Below, one piece after another: positions 18,816-28,867 of a stretch of DNA of 64,000 nt. A model generated the notes under the pieces. The model saw nothing but the letters and a program-made list of their open reading frames with translations. It ran no database searches and had not been told where the DNA came from. The stretch is from positions 348,912-412,911 of the forward strand of contig CAMTVR010000012.1 of assembly GCA_947085265.1 (NCBI GenBank), written 5' to 3'. A program made the translations under genes and the position numbers. The first letter of the stretch is position 1; each line of letters starts with the position of its first letter. This DNA comes from an uncultured Bacillus sp. (lineage in GTDB: Bacteria; Bacillota; Bacilli; ZCTH02-B2).

Positions 18816-19988
18816 TTATCTCGTATCAGTGAACAGCAATTCAGGAACAAATTGGGAAAGGTGCGCCTTGATTTCTTCATAATGTCGTCGTGCATTGGGC
18901 AGTTGCGCATCAGTAACCTGATCCATCGGGATGATAGTGTATCCGCGCCAATTTTTAAAAAAGATATAGGTAGGCAAGAATTCGGGAGAATGAACGCGGA
19001 TGGCGACTTCACCATCTGTCACTGTCTTCTCCACTTCTACCTTCAGAATGCCGCCAATCTGCCGGTATAACAGGTCTTGTGCCGCGAGAAAATTGCCTAA
19101 TGAATAAATGGCAAAAGCTTGATGCCCCAGCGCGCTATCCACATATTCCACTGGTTGTAAAACGTGTGGATGGTGTCCCAGAATCACGTGCGCTCCCTGA
19201 TCCGCCACATACTGGACGAGTTCTCTTTGTTCTTGGCTGGGCATCCGCACATATTCGTCCCCAAAATGCAGGCTGACAACGACCACATCAGAGAGCTTTC
19301 GGGCCTGAGCAATATCAGAAGAAATCTGATCCCGGTCGATGAGGTTGACGAGATAACTTTTTCCCTCAGGGACAGGAATGCCGTTTGTGCCGTACGTGTA
19401 AGCTAAAAAAGAAAAAATAATGCCGTTTCTCTCGAGTATACGAATTCGAGCCCGATCCGCCTCGTCCTTATTCGCACCGACGTACACCATCCCCAAATCA
19501 TCCCAATGGCTGATCGAACGCAGAATCCCCCTTTCCCCTCGATCGAAGACGTGGTTATTGGCCATCGTCACCACGTCAACCCCAGCCCATTTCAGCGTAT
19601 CGCCGATTTCGAAGGGACTGTTAAACATGGGATACCCCGTCAGGCCCAGTTCACTGCCGCCCATGAGCGACTCCTGGTTGGCCACCGTGATGTCTGCGCT
19701 CTCCAGATATGGCTTGACCCGTTCAAACATCTTGTTGAAATGGTAAGTATCCCCCTTTTGCGCATCGCGAATCACGGACCGGTGAAGCAAAACGTCCCCG
19801 ATTGCCGCCAGCGAGGCCCGGCTGACATGGATTTGCGGTTGAGGAGGTTCATTTTCAAACTCGGATAAGTCCGCGTTGAGGGGAGCTGCTATTTCCGTCT
19901 TGGCTTCTTCCTTCAAAAAACTGCAACCGCCAATCAATAGAAGGAACATCAACAAGGAGATGACACGAAGCATGGTTCCACGAAACAT
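18816..19988 (-). CDS. CapA/PgsA family metallophosphatase-like lipoprotein
   Basis: A signal peptide with lipobox 'LIGGCS' is followed by the CapA-family catalytic region ('GDVLLHRSV...VANQESLMGG'). Confidence 0.7.
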   Translation of the reverse strand: MFRGTMLRVISLLMFLLLIGGCSFLKEEAKTEIAAPLNADLSEFENEPPQPQIHVSRASLAAIGDVLLHRSVIRDAQKGDTYHFNKMFERVKPYLESADITVANQESLMGGSELGLTGYPMFNSPFEIGDTLKWAGVDVVTMANNHVFDRGERGILRSISHWDDLGMVYVGANKDEADRARIRILERNGIIFSFLAYTYGTNGIPVPEGKSYLVNLIDRDQISSDIAQARKLSDVVVVSLHFGDEYVRMPSQEQRELVQYVADQGAHVILGHHPHVLQPVEYVDSALGHQAFAIYSLGNFLAAQDLLYRQIGGILKVEVEKTVTDGEVAIRVHSPEFLPTYIFFKNWRGYTIIPMDQVTDAQLPNARRHYEEIKAHLSQFVPELLFTDTR

Positions 19989-20097
19989 TCGCTGATCTCA
20001 TCCCACTCTTTGTCTTATGATGTTTTCTTTTAGTCACACATATCTTAACACATGTGTCTAATTCAGGAATCAACCTAGCTTTGTCTAACCGTATTTT

Positions 20098-20143
20098 CCA
20101 CATGAAAGGGCAAGCATCAGGGTCATGAAAGGGCAAGCATCAG
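20098..20143. repeat. perfect 23-bp tandem duplication (2 copies) in yqhH promoter region
   Basis: 'catgaaagggcaagcatcagggt' occurs twice, head to tail, about 45 bp upstream of the SNF2 helicase start. Confidence 0.8.
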
Positions 20144-20185
20144 GGTAAGATAAGATGTGAGTACCGACGCGCGGAGGAACGCGAA

Positions 20186-21955
20186 ATGGCCGTGACTGGG
20201 CAGGAATGGGCGAGAAAGCAGGAATGGGCGAGGGGACAGGAATTGGAGAAACAGGAATTGATCAGAGAAAAAGAAATCCCGATCCTCTTTTCCGATACCT
20301 GGCTGGATTCCTTTCGGGAACGGCTGGAAGCAGATGGTCCCTGGCATTCTTGGGAAATGTTCCAGCTGGCATTTGAAGCAGCCGAACGGACCGCCGTCCG
20401 CTCTTTTGAGGAATTGCAATGCCTGATGCACCTTCCCCATCTCACCCCTTATCTCCACCAACTGGAGACGGCAAAAAAGGTGTTGAATCAGATGCGGGGA
20501 AGAGCGATTTTGGCCGACGAGGTGGGACTGGGAAAAACCATCGAAGCTGGATTGATTGTCAAGGAATACCTGGTCCGGGGACTGGCCAAAAAAGTGCTGA
20601 TCCTGGTCCCCGCCTCGCTCGTCCTGCAGTGGACGCGAGAACTGAACCAGAAGTTTCACATCCCTGCCGTCGCCTACAAAAAGCCTTACATGTGGGATTA
20701 CGCCGATATCCTCGTGGTTTCCATGGACACCGCCAAACGGGAACCCAACCGGCAAAAGGTGCTGGAAACCTCATTCGATATTCTGGTCATCGACGAGGCC
20801 CACAAGTTGAAAAACCCGAAAACCAAGACGTATCAATTTGTCAGCCAAATCAATAAAAAGTATTGTCTCCTGCTGACGGCTACGCCATTGCAAAATCATC
20901 TCAAAGAGCTGTTCAACCTGATCAATTTGCTGAAGCCAGGGCAATTGGGAACACAAAGCGGGTTTGCTGCACAATTCATGGCAGGAGAACGACTGCCGAA
21001 AAACGAAACGGAACTTCAGAACCGCCTTTCCCACGTTATGATTCGCAACCGCCGCAGCGAAGAATCGATTCCTTTTCCGGATCGGCGGGTGAAAAGCATC
21101 TACCTGGATCTATCCGCTGAAGAGCGGGAATTGTATGATGAAGTAACTCAGTTCGTACGCAACCAGTCGCCGCTCGCCACCGGCACGCGTCCCAGCATCT
21201 TTTCCTTAATCACGCTGCAGCGTGAGGTTTGCAGCAGCCGGGATGCGGTCTTTGTTACCTTGGTCAACCTGTTCAAAAAACTGCCCGATGATTCACCGTT
21301 GCGAGCAGACATTTTTCGTCTCGTCGATGTGGCCAAGCAGGTCAAGCAACACACCAAGGGACAGAAGGCGATTGAATTGGTCAAGGAAATCGGTGACAAA
21401 GTGATCATCTTTACCGAGTATCGGGCGACACAAGAATTTCTCATTCGTCTCCTCACCGAACAAGGGATTCGCTCCGTCCCGTTCCGCGGCGGCTTCAACC
21501 GCGGGAAAAAAGACTGGATGAAAGACCTGTTCCAAAACCGCGCCCAAGTCTTGGTGGCCACAGAAGCGGGCGGTGAAGGAATCAATCTGCAGTTTTGCCA
21601 CCATGTCATCAATTACGACCTGCCATGGAATCCGATGCGTCTGGAACAGCGCATCGGGCGTGTTCACCGTCTGGGCCAAAAAAACGATGTGCACATCTAC
21701 AATCTGACGACCAAAGACACGATTGAGGCTCATATTCTCAACCTTCTTTATGAGAAAATCAGCCTTTTTGAGATGGTCATCGGCGAGTTGGATGAGATCC
21801 TGGAGCGCCTCCACTTATCCAAAACGATTGAAAAACGTCTCACCGACATCTTCCTGAAGACGCGGGACGATTCCTCCCTGACGGAAGAATTGAGCGCACT
21901 CGGCCAGCAAGTGAAGGAGGCGCAGCATCAGAAAAGTCAGCTCCAGCACGGGTGA
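20186..21955 (+). CDS. SNF2/Rad54 family helicase (YqhH-like)
   Basis: 'LADEVGLGKTIEAG' (motif I), 'DEAHKLKN' (motif II) and helicase-C motifs are all present. Confidence 0.88.
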   Translation: MAVTGQEWARKQEWARGQELEKQELIREKEIPILFSDTWLDSFRERLEADGPWHSWEMFQLAFEAAERTAVRSFEELQCLMHLPHLTPYLHQLETAKKVLNQMRGRAILADEVGLGKTIEAGLIVKEYLVRGLAKKVLILVPASLVLQWTRELNQKFHIPAVAYKKPYMWDYADILVVSMDTAKREPNRQKVLETSFDILVIDEAHKLKNPKTKTYQFVSQINKKYCLLLTATPLQNHLKELFNLINLLKPGQLGTQSGFAAQFMAGERLPKNETELQNRLSHVMIRNRRSEESIPFPDRRVKSIYLDLSAEERELYDEVTQFVRNQSPLATGTRPSIFSLITLQREVCSSRDAVFVTLVNLFKKLPDDSPLRADIFRLVDVAKQVKQHTKGQKAIELVKEIGDKVIIFTEYRATQEFLIRLLTEQGIRSVPFRGGFNRGKKDWMKDLFQNRAQVLVATEAGGEGINLQFCHHVINYDLPWNPMRLEQRIGRVHRLGQKNDVHIYNLTTKDTIEAHILNLLYEKISLFEMVIGELDEILERLHLSKTIEKRLTDIFLKTRDDSSLTEELSALGQQVKEAQHQKSQLQHG

Positions 21956-22818
21956 TACTTGTGGATGTCAACCAATTGCAGCATTATGTGTTTCGCTATT
22001 TTCAGGCCACCAACAGCCATGTTCTGGAAACCAGTCCCGGACATCTTCGCGTCAAACTTTCCGAGATGGCCGACAAGGACCTGACCAACCGGCCGCTTTA
22101 CTGGTCCTTTGTGGAACGCGCCGGGCAACCGCCGCAAACCATGACCCTGACATTCATCTTTGATCGGGAGAAAACGCCTCCAGAGATTGAGGGAGAAGAT
22201 TTGCGCTTCGGCACACCTCGAATGATGCAGATTTTTTCCTCGGCCGCCAAACACGGCCAATGGGTCCGGTTATTCGAGGAGATCGACATCCATCTCCACA
22301 GTCGCCAACCTCTTTCTTACATCCCGTGGTTATGTTTGAATTGCAAGCTACAGTACATCTGCGACCGTAAAAAAGACGAAATCCATTCCCTCGGGTTGAA
22401 CATGATTACGGGAAAAATCGAAAAATCCTTTATGCGTCACTTGCAAACGCGACGTCTGACACCACGGATTCCTCCCCGCGTCCACGTTCTCCCGGCTGCC
22501 ATTTCACTGCAAAACGCGGTACAGCGAATCGAACATTGGCTGACCCGGCACATCCGCTCTCAGGATACATCCTGGGTTCACGATGCCAGAATACAAATGG
22601 CACAAGAAATGGAGCGTCTCAAACAATATTATGAGAGCAAAAAAGCCACTGAAATGAGAAGCCTCCAGCCAGAGTGCCCTGAGCAAATCTCCAATCTCAA
22701 AAAGACGGAAGAAACCGCACAAGCTTATCAAAAGCACCTGGACGAAGTGAGATGGCAATACGAACCTCGTGTCCAGATCGACTTGATCAATGCCGGTGTA
22801 TTCTATCTCACACCATGA
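21952..22818 (+). CDS. YqhG family protein (conserved partner of SNF2 helicase YqhH)
   Basis: A 4-nt overlap with the helicase gene indicates an operon. No enzymatic motifs were recognised. The call rests on synteny with B. subtilis yqhH-yqhG. Confidence 0.5.
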   Translation: MILVDVNQLQHYVFRYFQATNSHVLETSPGHLRVKLSEMADKDLTNRPLYWSFVERAGQPPQTMTLTFIFDREKTPPEIEGEDLRFGTPRMMQIFSSAAKHGQWVRLFEEIDIHLHSRQPLSYIPWLCLNCKLQYICDRKKDEIHSLGLNMITGKIEKSFMRHLQTRRLTPRIPPRVHVLPAAISLQNAVQRIEHWLTRHIRSQDTSWVHDARIQMAQEMERLKQYYESKKATEMRSLQPECPEQISNLKKTEETAQAYQKHLDEVRWQYEPRVQIDLINAGVFYLTP

Positions 22819-23307
22819 GGTTCAGACCAGCAGCATCATTTTAAAAAACAACTGCCCACAGGTTTTAGAGCCCTGTAGGCAGTGGCTGCATATATCAACT
22901 AACATGCTGCAAGCAGTTTTAAGAGAGAAGGGTCAGTCACCGTGAGCTGCGCCGCAATCTGTCCATGAATGCCATCTTCAGCGCAAGAGGAATCGAACCA
23001 AACCACCACTGAAGCAGTGGTTCCTTTTCACCTTCTTCGTGCTGTCCCTCTGATATCTGTCCCTCTGACTTCTGTCCTGCTTTCGCCGCAAACCGTTTCA
23101 TCCACCGGGAAGACAGATATGTCAGATACTCTTCCCAAGACAACGCGTTCCCTCCTTTGCCTCGAATCACATCCTAAAGATCAGGATAGACAAAAACATC
23201 ATTTTTATTCCGTTGTCCAGGTCAGAATCATGTGACATAATATGGTTGTGAAGTGACGAAAGCAGGCCAGTTGCATAACATAAAAGGAGAGCACCCAAAA
23301 TAAGGGG

Positions 23308-24252
23308 TTGGTGGGGATGAAGTGGGCAGAAATTCGCATACATACATCAGCAGAGGCCTCTGAAGCGGTCGCCAACATTTTTCATGAAGCGGGGGCCAAT
23401 GGGGTGGTCATTGAGGATCCGGCCGTTTTGAATCGTGCGTGGGAAGATAAGTTTGGGGAAATCTATCAGTTGGAACCAAATGACTATCCGGATGAAGGTG
23501 TGATCATCAAAGCGTATCTCCCCGATACCCCTTCTCTGGAGGATAAAATTCAAACCATTCAAGAGGAATTTTTGGCCCTGGCAAAACACGGTCTCTCCCT
23601 CGGACCCAATCAGCTCAGCATCGTCAAGATCAGCGAAGCGGACTGGGAAAATGAATGGAAGAAATATTACAAACCGCTGGCGGTCACAGAACGCATAACG
23701 ATCAAGCCGCATTGGGAAACGTACGCCCCAAAGCATGACGGGGAACTCGTCATTGAAATGGATCCGGGCATGGCTTTTGGCACCGGCACTCATCCCAGCA
23801 CCGTTCTCTCGATTCGCGCGCTCGAAAAACAGGTGCAATCCCATCACCAGGTCATTGATGTCGGATGCGGCAGCGGTATTCTCAGCATAGTGGCAGCCAA
23901 ACTGGGAGCCAAAAAGGTATTGGCCCTCGACCTGGATGAAGTGGCCGTCAAGGCGACGCGCCAAAATGCCGCTCTGAACCAACTTGCTGACCGAATCGAG
24001 GCCAGGCAAAACAACCTCCTGGAGAATGTGCTCGGAAAATATGATGTGATTGTTGCCAACATCATCGCAGACGTGATCATCCGCCTGGCACCCGCCGTTC
24101 CCGAGCGCCTGAAAGAAGGCGGTTGTTTCATCGCTGCGGGAATCATTGTCACGAAAAAGGAAGAAGTCTTAGTCGCACTGGAAAAGGCTGGATTCCGGCG
24201 CTTTGAAGATGAAAGACTGGATGACTGGGTGGCCATCTGCGCCAAGCTTTGA
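23308..24252 (+). CDS. prmA: ribosomal protein L11 methyltransferase
   Basis: 'GTGTHPST' and the SAM motif 'VIDVGCGSGILSI' are present. The likely start is the 'MKWAEI' at 23317. Confidence 0.9.
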   Translation: MVGMKWAEIRIHTSAEASEAVANIFHEAGANGVVIEDPAVLNRAWEDKFGEIYQLEPNDYPDEGVIIKAYLPDTPSLEDKIQTIQEEFLALAKHGLSLGPNQLSIVKISEADWENEWKKYYKPLAVTERITIKPHWETYAPKHDGELVIEMDPGMAFGTGTHPSTVLSIRALEKQVQSHHQVIDVGCGSGILSIVAAKLGAKKVLALDLDEVAVKATRQNAALNQLADRIEARQNNLLENVLGKYDVIVANIIADVIIRLAPAVPERLKEGGCFIAAGIIVTKKEEVLVALEKAGFRRFEDERLDDWVAICAKL

Positions 24253-24276
24253 GCGGGGTGCATCAGGTCTTAACCC

Positions 24277-24816
24277 TTAGCCATTGAAGTACGCTTTCGT
24301 CACCTTTTCGATCTCATCAATCACATCATTTACCGTTTTTTCTGTCGTATCGATGCTCAAATCTGCAAAATCGTACAACCCTTCCCGTTCCTTGAGCAAT
24401 TTTCTGACTCTTGTCTCCACATCTCCTTGCAACAAGGGACGCGTTGTGTCACCGCTAAGGCGGGATACAATCGTTTCCACACTCGCTTTCAGTGACACGA
24501 CGAAGCCATGTTCGAGCATCAATTGGCGATTGACCGGCGACAATACGATGCCGCCACCCGTGGTAATGACCTGACGCCGACCTCGCAGCAAAAATTGAAG
24601 GACTTCTGTCTCCCGCCTGCGAAAATATCCCTCTCCTTCTTTTGCAAACATTTCGCTGATCGGACGACACTCTTCCGCCTCAATCCTCTTATCGACATCC
24701 ACCCACGTCCAACCCACACGCTTGGCCAATGCTGCGCCAACCGTTGTTTTTCCCGTCCCCATAAATCCGATCAAGATGATATTGCGTTTATGGAAAATCC
24801 TCTCCCGGATATTCAA
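24277..24816 (-). CDS. aroK: shikimate kinase
   Basis: 179 aa with Walker A 'GFMGTGKTTVG' and the shikimate-kinase fold length. Confidence 0.88.
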   Translation of the reverse strand: MNIRERIFHKRNIILIGFMGTGKTTVGAALAKRVGWTWVDVDKRIEAEECRPISEMFAKEGEGYFRRRETEVLQFLLRGRRQVITTGGGIVLSPVNRQLMLEHGFVVSLKASVETIVSRLSGDTTRPLLQGDVETRVRKLLKEREGLYDFADLSIDTTEKTVNDVIDEIEKVTKAYFNG

Positions 24817-25006
24817 TTTTTCATGACCTCTTTCTCACATACTGATTCTCAACATATATTATGGTTGCCATCTTATTCTTTCACATCATTCTATCACGTT
24901 TTATGCCGGATGGCACTTGGCTCCCCGGCCACAATCACATAAAAAAGGATCCGGCTTCAGCGAAACCGGATCCGATGCGTGTCGGCTTATCATTTGACGA
25001 CAACCC

Positions 25007-25552
25007 TTAAATGACGCGGCGCGCTCCCACATACGCGTTCTTCCAGTAAGAATTCACTTTCGACACGGTGACCCCTGGCTTAGGAATGGCGTGCAACAAT
25101 TGGTTGTCACCCATGTAAATGGCCACATGATCGATGCGACCATTCCGCTTCGTTGAGAAAAAGACAAGATCTCCTTTTTTCAATTCGCTGCTGTTGACAT
25201 ATGTTCCAACCTGAGCTTGTTGACGGGAAGTTCTCGGCAATTTGATGCCATTCACATAATAGACATATTGAGTGAAGGAGGAACAGTCAAAACGACTGGT
25301 GTCACCTGATCTTGCGCCAAAATAATATGGCGTTCCTCTGTACTTCAATCCTGTCTGGATAATCTGATCAGCCAGAGTGCTTTGGCTCGTGGTAGCGGCT
25401 TCAACGGTGGGAACAGACGACGTCAAAAACAGGCCGGCCACCAGCAATGCTGCACTCGCCATCCAAGCCACCAACTTTTTTCCAAGTCTACCTTTCATCC
25501 TATCACCTTCCCTTTTGATGGTATGGACATGTTTGATCTTAACATGACCCAT
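25007..25552 (-). CDS. NlpC/P60 (C40) family cell-wall peptidase, secreted
   Basis: A signal peptide precedes the catalytic Cys in 'FDCSSFTQYVY' and the His in 'DHVAIY'. The probable start is 'MKGRLGKK' near 25499. Confidence 0.8.
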   Translation of the reverse strand: MGHVKIKHVHTIKREGDRMKGRLGKKLVAWMASAALLVAGLFLTSSVPTVEAATTSQSTLADQIIQTGLKYRGTPYYFGARSGDTSRFDCSSFTQYVYYVNGIKLPRTSRQQAQVGTYVNSSELKKGDLVFFSTKRNGRIDHVAIYMGDNQLLHAIPKPGVTVSKVNSYWKNAYVGARRVI

Positions 25553-25751
25553 CGTTCAGTTGGTTAGTAAGTGAATGGGATGTAAGGAATTATTTGGAAA
25601 GTCAGATGATACATCCGGGGTCTCCTGGGAACGATCAACCTGTACAAAAGCACGAGACCGGCGTCGATTGCCGGTCTCAGCTTTTCTGCTTCTATTTATT
25701 TGCGAAGGTTCCAGCGTAAATATTTTTCTAGCAAACAGTTGTTTGTGATAT

Positions 25752-26495
25752 CTAGCCCCTGCCCATCGCCTTCTCGAGCCGGGAAGCGACATGATCCCAA
25801 TGGACGACGTTCCACCAGGCATTTACGTAATCCTCCCGCCGGTTTCGATATTGCAGATAGTAGGCATGTTCCCAAACATCCAACGCCAACAAGGGAACCA
25901 CATCCCACTGGCTGTTCATCTGATGCTTTTCCGCCTGTAAAATCTCCAAACGGCGGGGCTGTGGAGCCCAAACCAACAAGGCCCAGCCAACCCCTTCAAC
26001 CCGGTTGGCCGCTTCGGTAAAATGTTGTTTAAACGCTTTAAAGCTGCCGAAGGTCTCAACAATCTGTCTGGCCAACAATCCTCCCGGCTCTCCGCCGCCC
26101 TGGGGTGACATGTTTAACCAGAAGATCGAGTGCAGATAATGTCCCGCTCCGTGAAAAGCGGCTTCCCGCTCCCAATGTTTCAGCAGCGCAAAATCCCCCG
26201 TCTGGCGTGCCTCCAGCATCTTTTTTTCAGCTTGGTTGAGGCCATCCACATAGCTTTGATGGTGTTTGGTGTGGTGCAAAACCATGATTTCCTTCGCAAT
26301 GTAAGGTTCCAAAGCTTCGTAATCATAGGGCAGCGGTGGCAACTTGTGTTTACCGATGGGGACCGTGTGGAGGACATCGCTTTTCCCATGAGTACTTTTC
26401 CATCTCTCTCCTGTTTCAACCCGGCCTCGTTCTGAACCGCCTCCTGACTCCTGATGCACAAAGACGGGTTTGCCAATACGGATTTCCGGTTTCAT
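25752..26495 (-). CDS. sodF: Fe/Mn superoxide dismutase with N-terminal extension (SodF-like)
   Basis: The SOD core runs from 'LPPLPYDYEALEPYI'. The metal ligands 'DVWEHAYY' are present. A roughly 45-aa N-terminal extension precedes the core. Confidence 0.85.
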   Translation of the reverse strand: MKPEIRIGKPVFVHQESGGGSERGRVETGERWKSTHGKSDVLHTVPIGKHKLPPLPYDYEALEPYIAKEIMVLHHTKHHQSYVDGLNQAEKKMLEARQTGDFALLKHWEREAAFHGAGHYLHSIFWLNMSPQGGGEPGGLLARQIVETFGSFKAFKQHFTEAANRVEGVGWALLVWAPQPRRLEILQAEKHQMNSQWDVVPLLALDVWEHAYYLQYRNRREDYVNAWWNVVHWDHVASRLEKAMGRG

Positions 26496-26612
26496 TCCGA
26501 ACCTCTATCTCCTTCCGTCATGGATGATCAGATTTTAGGCATTTTGGAGCATCATATGTGAATCCATGACAGTCGGTCATCCTATAAACACCCATTTCAA
26601 CTTTCCAAAGGC

Positions 26613-27038
26613 TCATTGATTGGCGGCTACCTCCTGCCATAACAGCAAGCGTCCATCCTCATCCAGCCACACTTTTACCTGGCTTTTGGCAGATTCGGTG
26701 ATTCCTCGGATGTAGAGTTCCTGCCGCCCATTTGCCTGTGCCGAGGTCTCTACCTCGACGGTTCCTAGAGGTACCTGTAACATCCCACCCGTCCAATCCG
26801 GATTTTCTGCAAGATGCGTGCGAGCCCAAGTAAATCCGGAATCCACCAGGTAAATGGACTGAATATGCCCCCTGTGCAATGAAAACGTCCGTTCATGGAT
26901 CAGGACACTTGTTAGCAGGCCGCCGACGAGTAAAAAAGTCAGGGTGAAGAAAACCAGAGTTATCATGAGAACAGCACCTCGCTGCGAACCACGCTTGTCC
27001 ATCGCTTTTCTCACCCCAACCGAGGCAGGATTGACCAT
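26613..27038 (-). CDS. comGG: competence minor pseudopilin ComGG
   Basis: It is the last gene of seven co-oriented overlapping genes. A single N-terminal TM helix is present. Confidence 0.6.
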   Translation of the reverse strand: MVNPASVGVRKAMDKRGSQRGAVLMITLVFFTLTFLLVGGLLTSVLIHERTFSLHRGHIQSIYLVDSGFTWARTHLAENPDWTGGMLQVPLGTVEVETSAQANGRQELYIRGITESAKSQVKVWLDEDGRLLLWQEVAANQ

Positions 27039-27664
27039 TCAAACGAATGTTCTGCCCCATTTCGTCTCATGCTTCCGGATATCCGAACGATCCCATTTTC
27101 CTCAATGTTCATTTGCAACGATTGAACATGTTGCAAAAGGATGGTATACCCAACATAGCCATCGCTTCGCTGAACACGACGGATAAAACGCCCCTCACGG
27201 TCCAAGTAGTATTGATAGGAAACCATTTCCTCCTCAAGCAGCTGTTGCACTTTGGGTTCTGGCACGGTGGCGTAGAGAGTGCGGTTGCGGATTTGAATCT
27301 CTTTGGCAGCCCTCAGTTCTCTCGCAAGATCATGGAAAAAGAGCATGCTTTCCGACTGCAGCAGCCATTCATTCTGCAGCCGCGCTTCTTGTGTAAATAA
27401 GGGTACTACCAAGCTGGTAATAACAGCAATGGAAGTACCGAACAACAACAAAACAACAAGCGTCTCCACCAGCGTGAAGCCTCGCTTGTCGCTGTGATTT
27501 TCCCTGATCTCGCTGCTTTGCTGCTTTTTACCCCGATTTTCCCAAATGGGGATCTCCCTCAGGAAAAAGAGCCTCCTCTTTCGGTAAAACGTCTGTTGGA
27601 AACAGTTTCCCCAGTTGAATGACGGACGGCACTCCATCAATCTCTCCCCTCCACTCCACTTCAA
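27011..27664 (-). CDS. comGF: competence pseudopilin ComGF (start likely internal)
   Basis: A prepilin-type N-terminus 'KRGFTLVETLVVLLLF' is present. The ORF as tracked overlaps comGE heavily, so the true start is uncertain. Confidence 0.6.
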   Translation of the reverse strand: MKWSGGERLMECRPSFNWGNCFQQTFYRKRRLFFLREIPIWENRGKKQQSSEIRENHSDKRGFTLVETLVVLLLFGTSIAVITSLVVPLFTQEARLQNEWLLQSESMLFFHDLARELRAAKEIQIRNRTLYATVPEPKVQQLLEEEMVSYQYYLDREGRFIRRVQRSDGYVGYTILLQHVQSLQMNIEENGIVRISGSMRRNGAEHSFEWSILPRLG

Positions 27665-27959
27665 CCTGACACCATACTAACCCTGGTTCCACGTTTGTCA
27701 CTTGTTGCCGCAACAGGTAAGTTGCGTGTTGACCCGTCACCTTTTGGTTGGTTCGCCCGCAAGCCTCGGCATTCATCCTTTCCATGTGGTTTTGGGCCAA
27801 CATCAGTGCTTCCAACTGTATCGCCCGCTCCCGCCGATTTGCGGTCATCTGATCCCAAAAGGTGAATAGCCCGATACTAAAAATGGCCACCAGTAAAAGA
27901 ACAACCAACATTTCCGGAAGGGTAAAGCCCGTTTGCTTCAATCTGCGGACGAACCTCAC
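27528..27959 (-). CDS. comGE: competence pseudopilin ComGE
   Basis: 'QTGFTLPEMLVVLLLVAIF' is a prepilin-peptidase-type leader. Confidence 0.65.
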   Translation of the reverse strand: MRFVRRLKQTGFTLPEMLVVLLLVAIFSIGLFTFWDQMTANRRERAIQLEALMLAQNHMERMNAEACGRTNQKVTGQHATYLLRQQVTNVEPGLVWCQVEVEWRGEIDGVPSVIQLGKLFPTDVLPKEEALFPEGDPHLGKSG

Positions 27960-27974
27960 GGCTTGTTCAACTCC

Positions 27975-28427
27975 TCAAACATCCTCCACTCTGATGCGAC
28001 CCGAAGTGACCTGGATGATCAACCGCTTTGACTGTCGCCTTCCAGATAAAAAGAACTCTCCGCCAGCTTGCACAATCCCGTGCGCATTAAAACGGACTTC
28101 ATGAGGTTTTGGGAGACCATAACTGCTGCCAACCCGAATGCGTGTATTGTAAGAGACCCGCTTGATGATCTTTCCTTCAAGATAAACCGTATAAAAATGC
28201 GCACTTGGCGCAAACTGAATGCTGGCATTCGTACTTTGAGCAATCGCCAGCGATTGAGCATACATATAATCTGCAAGGAATTGTGAAACCAATTCTTCGA
28301 GCGCTCTTCTCTCGAGGCTGTACTCGACGCTAGGCAAAACCAAGGAAAACAAAGCGAGAAGAAGCAAGAGACAGATAGTCACTTCAAGCAACGTAAACCC
28401 CGAGTTTGCTTTCAACCCTTCCTGCAA
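27975..28427 (-). CDS. comGD: competence pseudopilin ComGD
   Basis: 'SGFTLLEVTICLLLLLALF' is a prepilin leader. Confidence 0.7.
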   Translation of the reverse strand: MQEGLKANSGFTLLEVTICLLLLLALFSLVLPSVEYSLERRALEELVSQFLADYMYAQSLAIAQSTNASIQFAPSAHFYTVYLEGKIIKRVSYNTRIRVGSSYGLPKPHEVRFNAHGIVQAGGEFFLSGRRQSKRLIIQVTSGRIRVEDV

Positions 28428-28433
28428 CCTCCC

Positions 28434-28844
28434 TTACAGACCGAGTTCTTGATGCACACTGCAAGACACCCGAGCAAGATATTCAGTTTCCGCAGCAGAT
28501 GCACCCGCCGTATTGGTGGATTGAATGACAATTTGGTACTCCCCACCAGAAGGACAGCTCGGAATGGTCTGCAGGTACTTCTTGTTCTGGAGTTCCGCCA
28601 ATATCTCTTGCGATGCAGACGTCTGACCCTGAAAGGGATATTGGTATCCGTGATCGAGATAATAATTTTCCAGCTGCGTCCGGATCAGCCGCTGGTTGGC
28701 TTCGCAGGTGGTCTTCTGTGCCTTAACCCCGGATTGGCGCAAATCAGGCAAGGCGATCATCAAAACGACACTGATGACAAACAACACGACAATCATTTCT
28801 ACCAAGGTAAAGCCGGACTCCCACCGGGGATGACATGGTTTCAC
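28434..28844 (-). CDS. comGC: competence major pseudopilin ComGC
   Basis: A GTG start with AGAGGTGA RBS gives 'MKPCHPRWESGFTLVEMIVVLFVI'. Two Cys residues are conserved downstream. Confidence 0.7.
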   Translation of the reverse strand: MKPCHPRWESGFTLVEMIVVLFVISVVLMIALPDLRQSGVKAQKTTCEANQRLIRTQLENYYLDHGYQYPFQGQTSASQEILAELQNKKYLQTIPSCPSGGEYQIVIQSTNTAGASAAETEYLARVSCSVHQELGL

Positions 28845-28867
28845 TGCATACTCACCTCTCCAGAAGC

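Noticed and set aside
20123-20856. ORFs of 145-210 aa overlapping the 5' part of the SNF2 helicase gene
   Set aside because: They overlap a well-supported helicase frame. Their products are low-complexity and rich in Arg, Pro, Gly and Ser.
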